A stretch of DNA of 63,491 nucleotides, filler included, from Octopus bimaculoides (GCF_001194135.2; 5 parts of 5 records of this genome joined end to end with filler, not necessarily neighbours in it), one strand, 5' to 3'; positions 13,704-27,134 are shown, counted from the first letter of the whole stretch. Notes: a model not told the origin generated them from the sequence alone. Translations and numbers: made by a program.

Positions 13704-14283
13704 GAATTAGTTATTAACGATCCTGATATGACTGGTTTAATGAAGTATAATGAAGTCACGATGACTTAATTCAAAGAATTCCTCTTAAGATTTTGATCAC
13801 GATGCGATTATGACTTTCACCTCCTTAATGGATCCTGTTTAGCTTCAGAAAGGACTTAATAGACTCAATTATCTTTTAGAGATTTTAATTTAAAAGCCTC
13901 TGCAAATACTAATATTAAAATTATCAGTTTCATGAATATTATTTTGAAACTCGGTGAAGGCAAATATCTGTCGTACAGACAGCTCAAATAAAATGATGAT
14001 CTTGTTTATAAATAAAATATGTAAACTTCCATCGTATTGGAAAGAAATATTTTCAACAACATTAGTAATTGGATCGGCAACTTCACGTTGAAGGATATTT
14101 TAGTAATATCTCCTATTACAACGCAAGCTTTAACACTCAACGAACTTCAAGAGGAAATACATTACATGAAGTACACCTATGACATAGAAAGGTGCAAATA
14201 CACACAAGCACACACATGGAAGCACACATACACACATGTACGCTTGCAAAAGTTGGACGGTTTATGAACGCCACGCCAAAACG

Positions 14284-14631
14284 CTAAACTACTTCCACAT
14301 GAACTGCCTGAAAAAGCAGCTGAAAGTTTCCTAGCAAGACAAGATCACAGACAGAGCGGTCCTCTTTCGAGCTGATCTGCCAAGCATTTACACACTGCCG
14401 AGGAGAGTGCAAGTGGGATGTACGGACCACCTTGTTCGAATGTCTGACATGTGACTCTCCGAGATACTGTTTTACAGCGTACTGGCGAAAGGCAAACGCA
14501 TGCAAGCTGGACCGAAAAAGCGCTTCGTGGATACACTCAAAGTCTCACCAAAGAGGTCTAAGATCAACCCCGACACTTGGGAAATGCAGGTACAAGACCG
14601 TCCTGCCATGCGTAGCTGCCCCAACAGAGGC
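14284..14631 (+). mobile_element. RTE-clade (BovB-like) LINE fragment
   Basis: Single frame with two stops: LNYFHMNCLKKQLKVS*QDKITDRAVLFRADLPSIYTL...HLVRMSDM*LSEILFYSVLAKGKRMQAGPKKRFVDTLKVS...INPDTWEMQVQDRPAMRSC. Confidence 0.88.
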
Positions 14632-16282
14632 ACCACCTCTATATATATAATAATAATTTCATTGGGGGGATGTAACACTGGTGTTTACTGTATTAAACCC
14701 ATCCTAGAATACTGGCTATCTTATAAAGATGTAATCTGGAGATCGTTTGTTCTACCAAACAAATGTATGAATATCCAGAAGTATCCATAGAGAATTTATA
14801 ATGCTAAAACAATAAGAACTGAGTGAGCGAGTCATTTTACTTGTTATATTTACAACTGTTTCACATTAATTCAAACAATCAATCTTGCAACATTATATAA
14901 TAATACATGAAACTAATAATTACTTGCCATATGTCATTCAGGTCAACTCTAGTAACATATGTTCAATACGATTCTTTGGAACTGCATATAAAATAACTCG
15001 GTGAAATCACAGAACACTGAATGTATACACATTACAAATTGGGGTGTTCGCATGATCACTTTTACACAATACAAACAAATCTGTGACGAGAATTTAATTG
15101 GTCAAGGAAAAAAAACATTGTTTAGACACGATAATGAATTATTCTTTGGTTGACAAGTTTAATATCACTAACTGGATTTTATTGCCGTTTGTCTCATTAA
15201 ATAAAGCTAATGTTTTTTGATGCTTTAAGAGACATTCCCTTGAATAGTTCGGTAGAAAGTCGAGACAGAAAAACACCGCAAATCATTTTTCCCGACGTTC
15301 TAACAAAAAAGGTGGCGAGTGGGCAAAATCACTTACGCGCTGGGTAAAATGCTTAACAGCATTTCATTCGTTTGTCCGTTCTGAGTTCAAATTCTGCCGA
15401 GGCCGACTTTGTCTTCAACCCTTTCGAGGTCGATAAAAATACCAGTTGAGCACAGGACTCAATGTGATCAACTTCCACCTCCACCAAAATTGCTGGCTTT
15501 GTGTTAAGATTTGAAACTAATAACTCCAGACAAAATGTTATGCATCATGCATAAATACTGCCTTAGCTCACTTAAATACCGTCCAAATTTCTTCCAAAGT
15601 TTTATTAAACTACTTGTTCTAGTTTGAATTCCACCCGTGCCTACTCTGCATAACATCTATCTTGTTAGTTCACAAAATATATACCAGCTGTGTGGTGAGG
15701 AAAAATTAACTGAAGGTTCTCTTTCCAAACTAATATTAGACATTGTAAACGTATGAGATATAAAAGCGGTTGCAAATTTTGGGACAAGGTTAGTAATTTC
15801 GGAGTAAGTGAGTCGACCCCAAAAGGATGAAAAGCAAATATCGATCTCGGCAGAATTTTAACTCAAAACGTGCATGCAGTTGCAAATTCGTTAAGCATTT
15901 CCGGTGCGGTAACGATACTTCCATCTCACCGCCCTGTATTAGAAATAATGTGGAATCACAATATAAAGAGAACAAGTGACAAAAGCATTTTTGGTCTTCA
16001 CAAAAGTATTTTGTGTATTCAGCCGCATATTATTTAAGTTCTAACTTCAAATGCCACCTGGATAATTTTGGTGTTCTTGGGTGAATGTAATAAGTGCGAT
16101 GAAAATAAATGGAGCGCAGGGAGGATCTGGTAGTCAGCAATTTCGATTCGTTATCAAGAGGGCTCGAGTTCGATTTCTCTGTGAGTCTTTTTAAGCGAGT
16201 ATTTTCAAATTTATCTTCGGGTCGAGCAAAACATGTGAAACAGAAAGAAGGATTTCTTTCAGTTTTCGTCTGATATATATAT

Positions 16283-16339
<57 letters not shown>

Positions 16340-17433
16340 NNNNNNNNNNNNNNNNNNNNNNNNNNNNNNNNNNNNNNNNNNNNNNNNNNNNNNNNNNNNN
16401 NNNNNNNNNNNNNNNNNNNNNNNNNNNNNNNNNNNNNNNNNNNNNNNNNNNNNNNNNNNNNNNNNNNNNNNNNNNNNNNNNNNNNNNNNNNNNNNNNNNN
16501 NNNNNNNNNNNNNNNNNNNNNNNNNNNNNNNNNNNNNNNNNNNNNNNNNNNNNNNNNNNNNNNNNNNNNNNNNNNNNNNNNNNNNNNNNNNNNNNNNNNN
16601 NNNNNNNNNNNNNNNNNNNNNNNNNNNNNNNNNNNNNNNNNNNNNNNNNNNNNNNNNNNNNNNNNNNNNNNNNNNNNNNNNNNNNNNNNNNNNNNNNNNN
16701 NNNNNNNNNNNNNNNNNNNNNNNNNNNNNNNNNNNNNNNNNNNNNNNNNNNNNNNNNNNNNNNNNNNNNNNNNNNNNNNNNNNNNNNNNNNNNNNNNNNN
16801 NNNNNNNNNNNNNNNNNNNNNNNNNNNNNNNNNNNNNNNNNNNNNNNNNNNNNNNNNNNNNNNNNNNNNNNNNNNNNNNNNNNNNNNNNNNNNNNNNNNN
16901 NNNNNNNNNNNNNNNNNNNNNNNNNNNNNNNNNNNNNNNNNNNNNNNNNNNNNNNNNNNNNNNNNNNNNNTATGTATTTATTTTGTCTGAGTTAATAATT
17001 AATTCGTACAAAATAAATTGGTTAATAGATACCAGGGTAGCAAAGATCACGAAATGACTGTGGTGTAACTCCTGTTTATGAGGCAGAAACTCCTTGTTAT
17101 TTTGGGTACTTGAGTAAATATATAAATTTAGTAAACGGAGTAAAAAGCATATGTTAAATGAATTCTATATATATATATATATATATATATAGATAGATGA
17201 GTGAGTGTGTGTGTGTGTATTAATGAATGCACACACGCGTTCATGCGCGCGCGCACACACACACATGAACATAGACAGCCTTTACCCTTTATATCCTCAT
17301 ATTCACACAAAAAAGGCCCCAAACGAAGCTGATCATGTGGATTCTTTAATTCAGTTGTTTCTGCTCGGAAGTCCCATGATTGTAGCTCGTGATATGATGC
17401 ATTTGTAAATTGTTACATTGTTTTTGCTACTGT

Positions 17434-17823
17434 CGTTGTGGCACTCCGTCGGTTGCGATGACGTGGGTTCCAGTTGATCCGATCAAAGGAACAGCATGCT
17501 CGTGAAATCAACGTGCAAGTGGCTGAGTACTCCACAGACACGAGTACGCTTAACGTAGTTCTCGGGGAGATTCAGCGTTATACAATGTGTGAAAAGGCTG
17601 ACCCTTTTGAAATACAGGCATAACAGAAACATGAAGAAAATGTAAGAGAAAGTTGTGGTGAAAGAGTACAGCAGGGTTTGCCACCCACTCCCCTGCTGGA
17701 GCGTCGTGGAGCTTTAGGTGTTTTTCGCTCAATAAACACTCACAACGCCCGGTCTGGGAATTGAAATCGTGATCGTACGATCGCAAGTCTGCTGCCCTAA
17801 CCACTGGACCATTGCGCCTCCAC
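17434..17823 (-). mobile_element. SINE-C, full length with 12-bp TSD
   Basis: TTTTGCTACTGT (17422-17433) / TTTGGCTACTGT (17824-17835). Confidence 0.88.
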
Positions 17824-18089
17824 TTTGGCTACTGTAAACAGGAGAAAGCATACTGTCGCTGTACTGCTGTCACTACTGCACTCGCTTCTCTAGGAAGCAT
17901 TGCAGCTGAACTATGAACGTTAAAGATAACACGTGTTTTCTGCTGCTATGAAATATATACAAATTACGATCAGGACTGTCGCTGCTGCCATTGTTAGAAT
18001 TATTAGTTTCCTTATTGTTTAGCCCTCGGCTCAAATGTGCTCCACCCATGGAACTCTGATCACTACTCTTCTTTTATTTCTTACTTATT

Positions 18090-18464
18090 TTCATGTTTCA
18101 GTCAGTAGACCGCGACCATGCAGGGGCACTGCCTTCAAGAACTTTTAGTCAAATGAAGAATCGGTGCCAGTGTTTATTTCTTTTCAAGACTGGTGCTTAT
18201 TCTATCACTCAATTTTGCCGCACCGTTAGGTTAAGGGGTGCGTAAACACACCAACACCGGTTGTGATGCGATGGTGGGGGGCGGGACAAACACACATACA
18301 CACACGACGGGCTCCTTTCAGTTTCCGTCTAGCAACAAAATCCACTCACAAAGCCTTTAGTCAGCACTTGGCTATAGTAGAAAACACTCACCCAATGTGC
18401 CACGCAGTGGGACTGAACGAGGAACCATGTGGGTGGGAAGCAATCTTCTTACCACGCAGCCTGC
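18090..18464 (-). mobile_element. SINE-A, diverged full length
   Basis: Reverse-complement match across the element. Confidence 0.85.
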
Positions 18465-18704
18465 ATTGTTTAATTAATTATTGTTTCACGTTCTCCAGCC
18501 ACAACGTAATCTCTGGAATATCCTGCCCTCTCGTTTCGGTTATTAAAGAGATGAACAACTCTTTTAGCAATGAGATTGAAGTTTGAGGCATGTATGTTAT
18601 CAGTTTGAAAGAGAATGAGCCATGAGTTAATGAGAGAACCCACTTCAATATCCGACCGGTTGCGATTTTTAAAGACGTGTTGTGTTGGCATTTTTTTATT
18701 ACTC

Positions 18705-18870
18705 TCTGCGCATCACAACACTAAGATAGAACCACTTCTCCTCAACTGGACCTGCTCTTTTTAACATAAACCCAAATCATATAAAGGATGAGAATGATTT
18801 CACAACCTTCGAAATGTTCCTGGATGAATATGTCCAACAAATTCCAGATAAACCACTTACACCCGGATAC
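18705..18870 (+). mobile_element. CR1-type LINE fragment, same family as 34120-34460
   Basis: Hand translation RITTLR*NHFSSTGPALFNINPNHIKDENDFTTFEMFLDEYVQQIPDKPLTPGY; truncated by a SINE-B copy at 18871. Confidence 0.8.
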
Positions 18871-18871
18871 A

Positions 18872-19104
18872 CTTATTTCTTTATTGCCCACAGAGAGTTA
18901 AACACAGAGGGGACAAACAAGGACAGACAAAGGAATTAAGTCGATTATATCGACTCCAGTGCGTAACTGGTACTTATTTAATCGACCTCGAAAGGATAAA
19001 AGGCAAAGTCGACCACGGCTGAATTTGAACTAAGAACGTAAAGACAGACGAAATACCGCTAAGCATTTCGCCCGGCGTGTTAACGTTTCTTCCAGCTCGC
19101 CGCC
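18872..19104 (-). mobile_element. SINE-B, tail type 1
   Basis: Reverse complement of the 41298 copy. Confidence 0.9.
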
Positions 19105-19622
19105 ACTGCTGCAAACAACTATTTAATCGAATGGGCAATGGTGTCTAAAAATAACTATAGAAAAATACATTACTAAATGCCTTTTCTAGGTGGTGCTATT
19201 AAGTTAGCTATGTCCTGGGCCAATATGGCCGAAAACTATCTAAGTATCTAAGTATGCCGCTTACATTCATAGCATGTCTTTACCCGTTTTGTCCCTTTAG
19301 CATTCACATTGTTCTGTCAAATGTAACACGTCGAGCTTCTCTCAGTTTCCGTCAACTAAATCCACTCACAAGGCTTTGATCGGCTCGAGGCTATAGTTGA
19401 AGGTACTTCCTTATGGTGCCACGTAGTGGAGCAAAACTCAGAAACATGTGGTCGGGAAATGAGTGCGCACTCGCGAGTGTGTGCGAGTGAGAGTTTGCGC
19501 GTATTTGTGCGTATGTGTTTGAAGGTTTCTGCGCCTGCGTGCGACAAGACTGGCTTTTTTTTTAATTACACAGCCTCTCTTCGAGGAGCTTCGTCAGTTT
19601 CACTCATATTATTGTTTGTATA

Positions 19623-19960
19623 CGGTAATCCCTCGACTATCGCGGGTGTCATGGTATGGATCCCGGAAAATGTGGAACGCGTCAGACAAGCTTTCAGAAA
19701 GGCATCAATGAAAACAGACGTCACGTGATGGATGTTGCTTTCTATACATGATATCGCGGGTGTTACGTTCCAAAACCCTTCGCGTTAGCTGAAAATCCGC
19801 GAAGTAGAAACAATACTGTACTGTATATTTTATTATTATTATTTCTATAATTTGTGCATATTTATTTTATTATAATTGCAAAGCAACACCACGGAAGAAT
19901 TGACGTAAGATTAAATAAAAAACCGCGATAGGTGAACCACGATATGACGAGGGATTACTG
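19623..19960. mobile_element. pogo/Tigger-like MITE with an internal 100-bp foreign insert
   Basis: Ends TA|CGGTAATCCCTCG...CGAGGGATTACTG|TG; a second right-end fragment lies at 42661-42698. Confidence 0.7.
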
Positions 19961-20559
19961 TGCACATATACATATGTATACATATATATGTATACATATG
20001 TATACATATATAGGTACTCTTTATTTTAAGCTTAATACTTATTCTATCGGTTCCTTTGACGGAACACTAGGACACGGGGACTTCGTCAGTAATTCGAAGT
20101 TCGACACAAGTAAGTTTTAGTTGTATTGCCGAAATTTGTAGTTCTCCAAATTCCTGAAGTCGGTGCTTCAGCATGGCCGCAGTCTAATATCTGAAAGAAG
20201 CAAAAGATTAAAAAAATATCGTGGATAGTTGTGTAACATGAATTACCGGAAGGGAGATGGCTGGCTTATCTTCTGCTCCGTAGATCACCATCGTTAGTAT
20301 CCGTTGTAGAGAGGAGACGATCTTTGCGATGTTTCTTGATGTTTGTGACGCACCATCTTTCTGCACAAAACTAGTTTTAAAAATGCGTTGGGTACGGCAT
20401 TCTTTATAATCAGAGATTATACGTGCTTTTCATGCAACGCTCACTAAAGTAAGGAAATTATCACTAATGGGTGACTTTATTATTGTAATCTTACTCTATG
20501 TCATGAACACTCACCCTCTCCCACTCAATATTCGTTCCTCTCTCTCTCTCTCTCTATTT

Positions 20560-20610
<51 letters not shown>

Positions 20611-20710
20611 NNNNNNNNNNNNNNNNNNNNNNNNNNNNNNNNNNNNNNNNNNNNTTAATTAATTAANNNNNNNNNNNNNNNNNNNNNNNNNNNNNNNNNN
20701 NNNNNNNNNN
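20611..20710. other. Artificial scaffold linker N44-TTAATTAATTAA-N44
   Basis: Identical 100-bp construct with stops in all six frames occurs four times. Confidence 0.97.
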
Positions 20711-20821
20711 TATGTATATATACCTGAATGCTGTAATCTGTTATGTATATAACTGTGTACATATATATGTATATTTGCACTGAGAAATATATGTATACGT
20801 AAATGCACATCTGTATATATA

Positions 20822-20928
20822 TGTAAATCTATATATATGTAAATGTATATATATATATATATATATACGTATATGTGTTTGCATAATAGATTGCCACACA
20901 CATGCTTACATCATACACTAAAAGGCAT

Positions 20929-20969
<41 letters not shown>

Positions 20970-21234
20970 NNNNNNNNNNTATATATATATATATATATAT
21001 AGATATACGTTCGTTTGTGCGTGTATGTGTTTGTATATGTATATGTATTCATATATACATATATTGAAATATCTATCAACATATATACATATATATATGT
21101 GTATGTATATGTGTATACACACATACACACATACCCATACATATATATACGTATATATATATATATACGTATATGTGTTTGCATAATAGATTGCCACACA
21201 CACACACATGCTTACATCGTGCACTAAAATGCAT

Positions 21235-21268
<34 letters not shown>

Positions 21269-21425
21269 GTTCGCTTGTGAGTGCATGTGTGTGTATATGT
21301 ATATGTATTCATATATACATATATTGAAATATCTATCAACATATATACATATATATATATATATATGTGTATGTATATGTGTATACACACATACACACAT
21401 ACCCATACATATATATATATATGTA
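20822..21425. repeat. Diverged tandem duplication (period about 260-300 bp) of a microsatellite-rich unit
   Basis: ACGTATATGTGTTTGCATAATAGATTGCCACAC at 20867 and 21167; several substitutions between units. Confidence 0.8.
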
Positions 21426-21946
21426 TGTATGTTTATATATATGCTGTTTAATAGAATTTATATGACTGACGCAATAAAAGGCTATTTGAAGTTAAACCGA
21501 ATTGAAATGTTTCATTCTATCAGGAACATTTGTTGCAGTTCAAATCTTATCAAAGACATCAATAACTTTAGCGGGTCTTTCAACGACCGAGTCGTGTGTG
21601 TTAGAAGATATTGCCTTCTCCATTAGATCAAGACTTGTGAAGATTTACTTATAAATATTTGCTCTATGTATAGAAATTTCTTCCTTCATTTCCTTGGAAC
21701 TGTATTATATGGCGCTTAGTCAGTCTTTTATACAGATGTTAAAAGACATAAGAACCATTTTCTAACTATATACCCTGTCCTTCTCTTTGAAAAATCATAG
21801 TTTTGTGGATGGAACTCTGAAACAGACTTGCTGGTAATTAATCCTTTTGACTTCAATCGTTTGCATATTGCTCAGTTTATGGTAACATCAGAGAATCCTA
21901 CCATTCTACGCGCATGTGCGCACAGACTTACAAACTCACAAACATA

Positions 21947-22019
<73 letters not shown>

Positions 22020-22393
22020 NNNNNNNNNNNNNNNNNNNNNNNNNNNNNNNNNNNNNNNNNNNNNNNNNNNNNNNNNNNNNNNNNNNNNNNNNNNNNNNNN
22101 NNNNNNNNNNNNNNNNNNNNNNNNNNNNNNNNNNNNNNNNNNNNNNNNNNNNNNNNNNNNNNNNNNNNNNNNNNNNNNNNNNNNNNNNNNNNNNNNNNNN
22201 NNNNNNNNNNNNNNNNNNNNNNNNNNNNNNNNNNNNNNNNNNNNNNNNNNNNNNNNNNNNNNNNNNNNNNNNNNNNNNNNNNNNNNNNNNNNNNNNNNNN
22301 NNNNNNNNNNNNNNNNNNNNNNNNNNNNNNNNNNNNNNNNNNNNNNNNNNNNNNNNNNNNNNNNNNNNNNNNNNNNNNNNNNNNATACATACA

Positions 22394-22426
<33 letters not shown>

Positions 22427-22543
22427 GTGTGTGTACATATATGTATATTTGTGTGTATATAATCTCTCTCTCGCTCTGTCTCTGTCTCCCTCTATCTCTG
22501 TCTCCTTCTCTTTCTCCCTCTCGCTTTTTCCTCTCCCCTTCTA

Positions 22544-22576
<33 letters not shown>

Positions 22577-22577
22577 C

Positions 22578-22628
<51 letters not shown>

Positions 22629-23916
22629 CTCTCTATATATATAAACATACGAAACACCATTTAATCTCTTATTAATTTTCCAGCATGATTACTGGTTTAC
22701 AGCAGCACATAAAGCGATTATATAATGTATAGTCACGTGGGTCATTTATACATATCTTAATGTTCGTAGCGCTACAATAATTTCCAACTGTTCTGTTGGT
22801 TAGCATCTGGCTTGTTAACATAGCGATTTAACCCCCCAAGTTGGCCCTCATTCACCATCTGTATGCATAACTGCGCTTAAGACCTGAATGGTCTTTTTTT
22901 TCACAAAATATATCCAAAGTCACATCATGAAATATAACAATTGTTTTCAATCGATAGCGCGTGATTTGAGAAATATTTTACCGCTTTTTCTAAATGGTCG
23001 AACGAAGGTATTGACACGCCATCGTTGGTTGGAACGATGTTGCATATCAAATCAGTTTTTCGTCTCTTAATCTCGGAAGATTCTCAAAGCAAATGGCTAG
23101 GATAGTTGTAGGAGTGGTTTTTAAGTATGTGTAGTCACCGATGGTCCGAATATGATTAATTTAAGCAACTGAATTTTACATGGATATTTCGGTTTGCCAG
23201 ATAACCTCGTTCGCTCTTTTCCTGTTAGTTTAATACTTTTCAATGTTATTTGAATTAACACAAAGAATTTTTATATCGTGTTTCGTGGGGTTTTTGTAAC
23301 CCTATTTTCCTGCAGAACTTTGGTATATCGTTGTTGTAATTTGAATAAGCTTTACCTCTTTTCATATATATATTTCACAACAGAGTGTTAAGTATGATCC
23401 TCAACCCCATTAACGAACGAATTTATCTGACAAACTAATAAAATAATTAACATTTCTCATTAGCTACGTGAACGCGCGTGGCATGGTGTTTAGATTGTTG
23501 CACGCAGGATCGTTAGATCTTAGATTTGATTTCCGTATCGGACGGTGTGTTGTGTTCTTGAGAAAAACATTTCATTTAACGTTGCTCTGCAATGCGTTGG
23601 GATAGCCCAAAGTTTCTTCTGCGTGTTTATCTCAACCAGTTGGTCGAGCCTACAACTTTTAGGTTAGGCTAAGTACAAAAGTCGTTTTAATTAGATTAAC
23701 TACTGATCCACTACAAATGCACCCGTATGTTATTATTATTAACACGTTAACCGCCACGGCATGTTACTGGCTTTTGTGTGAAGTTAAGCAATGGACCACC
23801 GGTGGTGCATGTGACAGCTAACGTGTTCAATATTCATAACAAATTTACTAGAAAGAAAAGAATGCCTCTAGTGTCAAGCGCAATATTATGGCATGTTCAT
23901 AAAAAATGTCTTTATA

Positions 23917-24321
23917 GGCGCAGGAGTGGCTGTGTGGTAAGTAGCTTGCATACCAACCACATGCTTCCGGGTTCAGTCCCACTGCGTGGCACCTTGGGCA
24001 AGTGTCTTCTACTATAGCCTCGGGCCGACCAAAGCCTTGTGAGTGGATTTAGCAGACGGAAACTGAAAGAAGCCCGTTGTATATATGTATATATATGTAT
24101 GTATGTGTGTTTGCGTGTCTGTGTTTGTCCCATTACCATTGCTTGACAACCGATGCTGGTGTGTTTACGTCCCAGTAACTTAGCGGATCGGCAAAATAGA
24201 CCGATAGAATAAGTACTAGGCTTCCAAAGAATAAGTTCTGTGGTCGATTTGCTCGACTAAAAGCGGTGCTCCAACATGGCCGCATTCAAATGACTGAAAG
24301 AAGTAAAAGAGTAAAAGAGTA
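23917..24321 (+). mobile_element. SINE-A, full length (tRNA head, CORE-like box, internal TA/TG microsatellite, LINE-like tail)
   Basis: A-box TGGCTGTGTGG, B-box GGTTCAGTCCC, GGCACCTTGGGCAAGTGTCTT, tail GCGGTGCTCCAACATGGCCGC...(GTAAAAGA)n. At least 15 related copies in the window. Confidence 0.92.
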
Positions 24322-25328
24322 TCTAAAAGCCGAAAATGAAGGGAGGCAGCCTAGATTTATTTTGTTTAGCAAGTGGCCAGTGCAGACGTAAATTTCTGCT
24401 ATGTGGTCGGGTGTGTTCATCATGAAAATACAAATTTTCATGACCCTACAAAATATACCAGTGTGTTGCAGATGGTGCTGAGAAGAAGACTTAAAAAACT
24501 CAGTATCCATGGCAGAATAGCCAGTCGCAACATATCTAGTGGGGGAAGCATCTTACTGACTGTTGTGAACCACTGGTGGTACATCTGGCGAATAAATATC
24601 CATGGCAGATTTACAAAAAAGAACAAGAAGTTTCCACTGTCAAACACAATACTGTGGCATGTTCACAAAAAAAAATATCTTAATCAAGTTGCATATCTAA
24701 AAGCTGAGAATCAAAGCATAAGGTGCAGAGATTAACTAGTATACTGATAAAATATATACATGACAATGTAGTTTAATGGCAGGATTGTGATTTACCGATT
24801 ACAATGCTGGTAGTGTGTACTTTGTTGATTAAAGTATAGTTAAGGGGGAGCGACAGTTATTTAATGAGACAAAATGTTGCTTTCTGCTCAGAAGACAGCT
24901 ACTGATCACTGCATAGATTAGTGAAAGCAGTGCAGCTTTTTGGTGAAATTGTAACCCAGAGTGACAGTGTAATGTTTTGATTAAGTAGTTTAATGTTCAG
25001 AGTATGATAGTGTAAGTTAATGGTAGAAATAAGATAATTTAGTGATAACTGGCATTATGGGAAGGCGACCGTGTAGCTAAGTATAGCTTAGCGTTGATTG
25101 TATAGTTTAGTGGTGATAATGGTGTTTTGAATTTTACTGATGATAATGTGGTTTCATCTTGACAGTGTGACTTAGTGATGCTCTCGTATAATGATAATAT
25201 TCTAGTTTCGTAACTGCTGTATAGGGTAATATTGAGAGCGGTTCTCATTTTGGACCATCGAGTACTTTACAGTTTACTAGAGGACAATAATAACGATTGT
25301 GAAATCAACAACGGCAATAATATAAACA

Positions 25329-25375
<47 letters not shown>

Positions 25376-26231
25376 AACNNNNNNNNNNNNNNNNNNNNNN
25401 NNNNNNNNNNNNNNNNNNNNNNNNNNNNNNNNNNNNNNNNNNNNNNNNNNNNNNNNNNNNNNNNNNNNNNNNNNNNNNNNNNNNNNNNNNNNNNNNNNNN
25501 NNNNNNNNNNNNNNNNNNNNNNNNNNNNNNNNNNNNNNNNNNNNNNNNNNNNNNNNNNNNNNNNNNNNNNNNNNNNNNNNNNNNNNNNNNNNNNNNNNNN
25601 NNNNNNNNNNNNNNNNNNNNNNNNNNNNNNNNNNNNNNNNNNNNNNNNNNNNNNNNNNNNNNNNNNNNNNNNNNNNNNNNNNNNNNNNNNNNNNNNNNNN
25701 NNNNNNNNNNNNNNNNNNNNNNNNNNNNNNNCCTACTACTTTATATTTTTATAACATGCCTGTCATAACTATATATCTTTTATCTTCTATTTTTTCTTGT
25801 GTTTCAATTATTAGACTGCGGCCATGCTGGAGCACCGCCTTGAATTTTTAGTCGAATGAATCAACCCCAGTACTTATTTTTTAAGCCTGGTACTTATTCT
25901 TATCGCTCTCTGTTTTTCTTCGAACCGCTAGATTACAGGGACGACAACACCTATTATTATCATTAATAGGTATTGTGCTGGCAGAACCGTTAGCATGTCG
26001 GAGAAAATGCTTAGCGGCTTTTATTCCGATTCTTCGTGTTCTGAGCTCAAATGCCGCAGAAGCCAACCTTGATTTTCCTCTTCTTGCGGTTGGTCAAATA
26101 GAATACCAGTCATGTACTGGAGTCGATATAATCGACTTGCTCCTCCACTCAGAATTACTAGCCTTCTTTCAAAACTTGAAATCATTATTTGTTTTTTTGT
26201 TGGTATTATTGTTATATGTCGTTTTTGTCAG

Positions 26232-26368
26232 AGTTCCCTTACCTGACAAGACATGTGGAAAGTTATTCCTTTGGACATTTTTATAAAGCAACTCTATTGG
26301 AAAACCCAGAAGCGCGTTTCCCCATACAGGAGGAATGCTCCAAGGTCCGTTTATTAAACATATTTTTC
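26232..26368 (+). CDS. Weak candidate exon (xEFPYLTRHVESYSFGHFYKATLLENPEARFPIQEECSK[VRLLNIFF])
   Basis: Acceptor GTCGTTTTTGTCAG|, one open frame, donors AAG|GTCCGT (26345) or TTC|GTAAGT (26369). No recognisable family. Confidence 0.35.
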
Positions 26369-26828
26369 GTAAGTTAACAGACCCGTAGAAAAATGGCTTC
26401 CACAACAGCAATAAACGGGAACATTCTCCCAATTCAAAACTGACAGAATACAATTTACAGAAGAAAAAACAACAACAATGAAATTAACAATATTAAATGT
26501 GCAAATGGGAACAGTTCAATAAAGACAATATTGTAGGAAATTTATTAGCAATGAAACACAAAATGTGGACGATATTGTTAGTAACATTGCCACCATCAGC
26601 ACCGATATCATGCACAACAAATTTCATACACATCCCGATCAAAAGTGTAAACGGAACTATATTTGAAATTGATAGTTCTGTCTACGTTTTTAGTTAAGGA
26701 AGAAATGTAACAGAACACGTACCGCTTTAGTTATCTGAATGCACTCACGCAGGTGCATTGTCTTCATATCGACAACTATTATTTTAAAGCATAATTTTTT
26801 ATTTTAAAGTGTTAATTCCATTTTCCAC

Positions 26829-26871
<43 letters not shown>

Positions 26872-27034
26872 CTTCTCACGGACGTGCTGTCACATCGGCT
26901 GCGAAGGTAAACGTTTATTTGACCTTTTACTGTCCACATTTTGTTGGAATTTTTTAATAATTTTGTTGCGAAGCACCTAGGCTTCATTTGTGTGTATTTT
27001 CAAGGGCAGGAATTGACCCCCAGGGGCAGTTTCG

Positions 27035-27134
27035 NNNNNNNNNNNNNNNNNNNNNNNNNNNNNNNNNNNNNNNNNNNNTTAATTAATTAANNNNNNNNNN
27101 NNNNNNNNNNNNNNNNNNNNNNNNNNNNNNNNNN
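27035..27134. other. Artificial scaffold linker
   Basis: Same construct. Confidence 0.97.

Noticed and set aside
20220-20380. FVQKDGASQTSRN on the minus strand, like a Tc1 FQQDGA motif
   Set aside because: Single short motif without flanking support.
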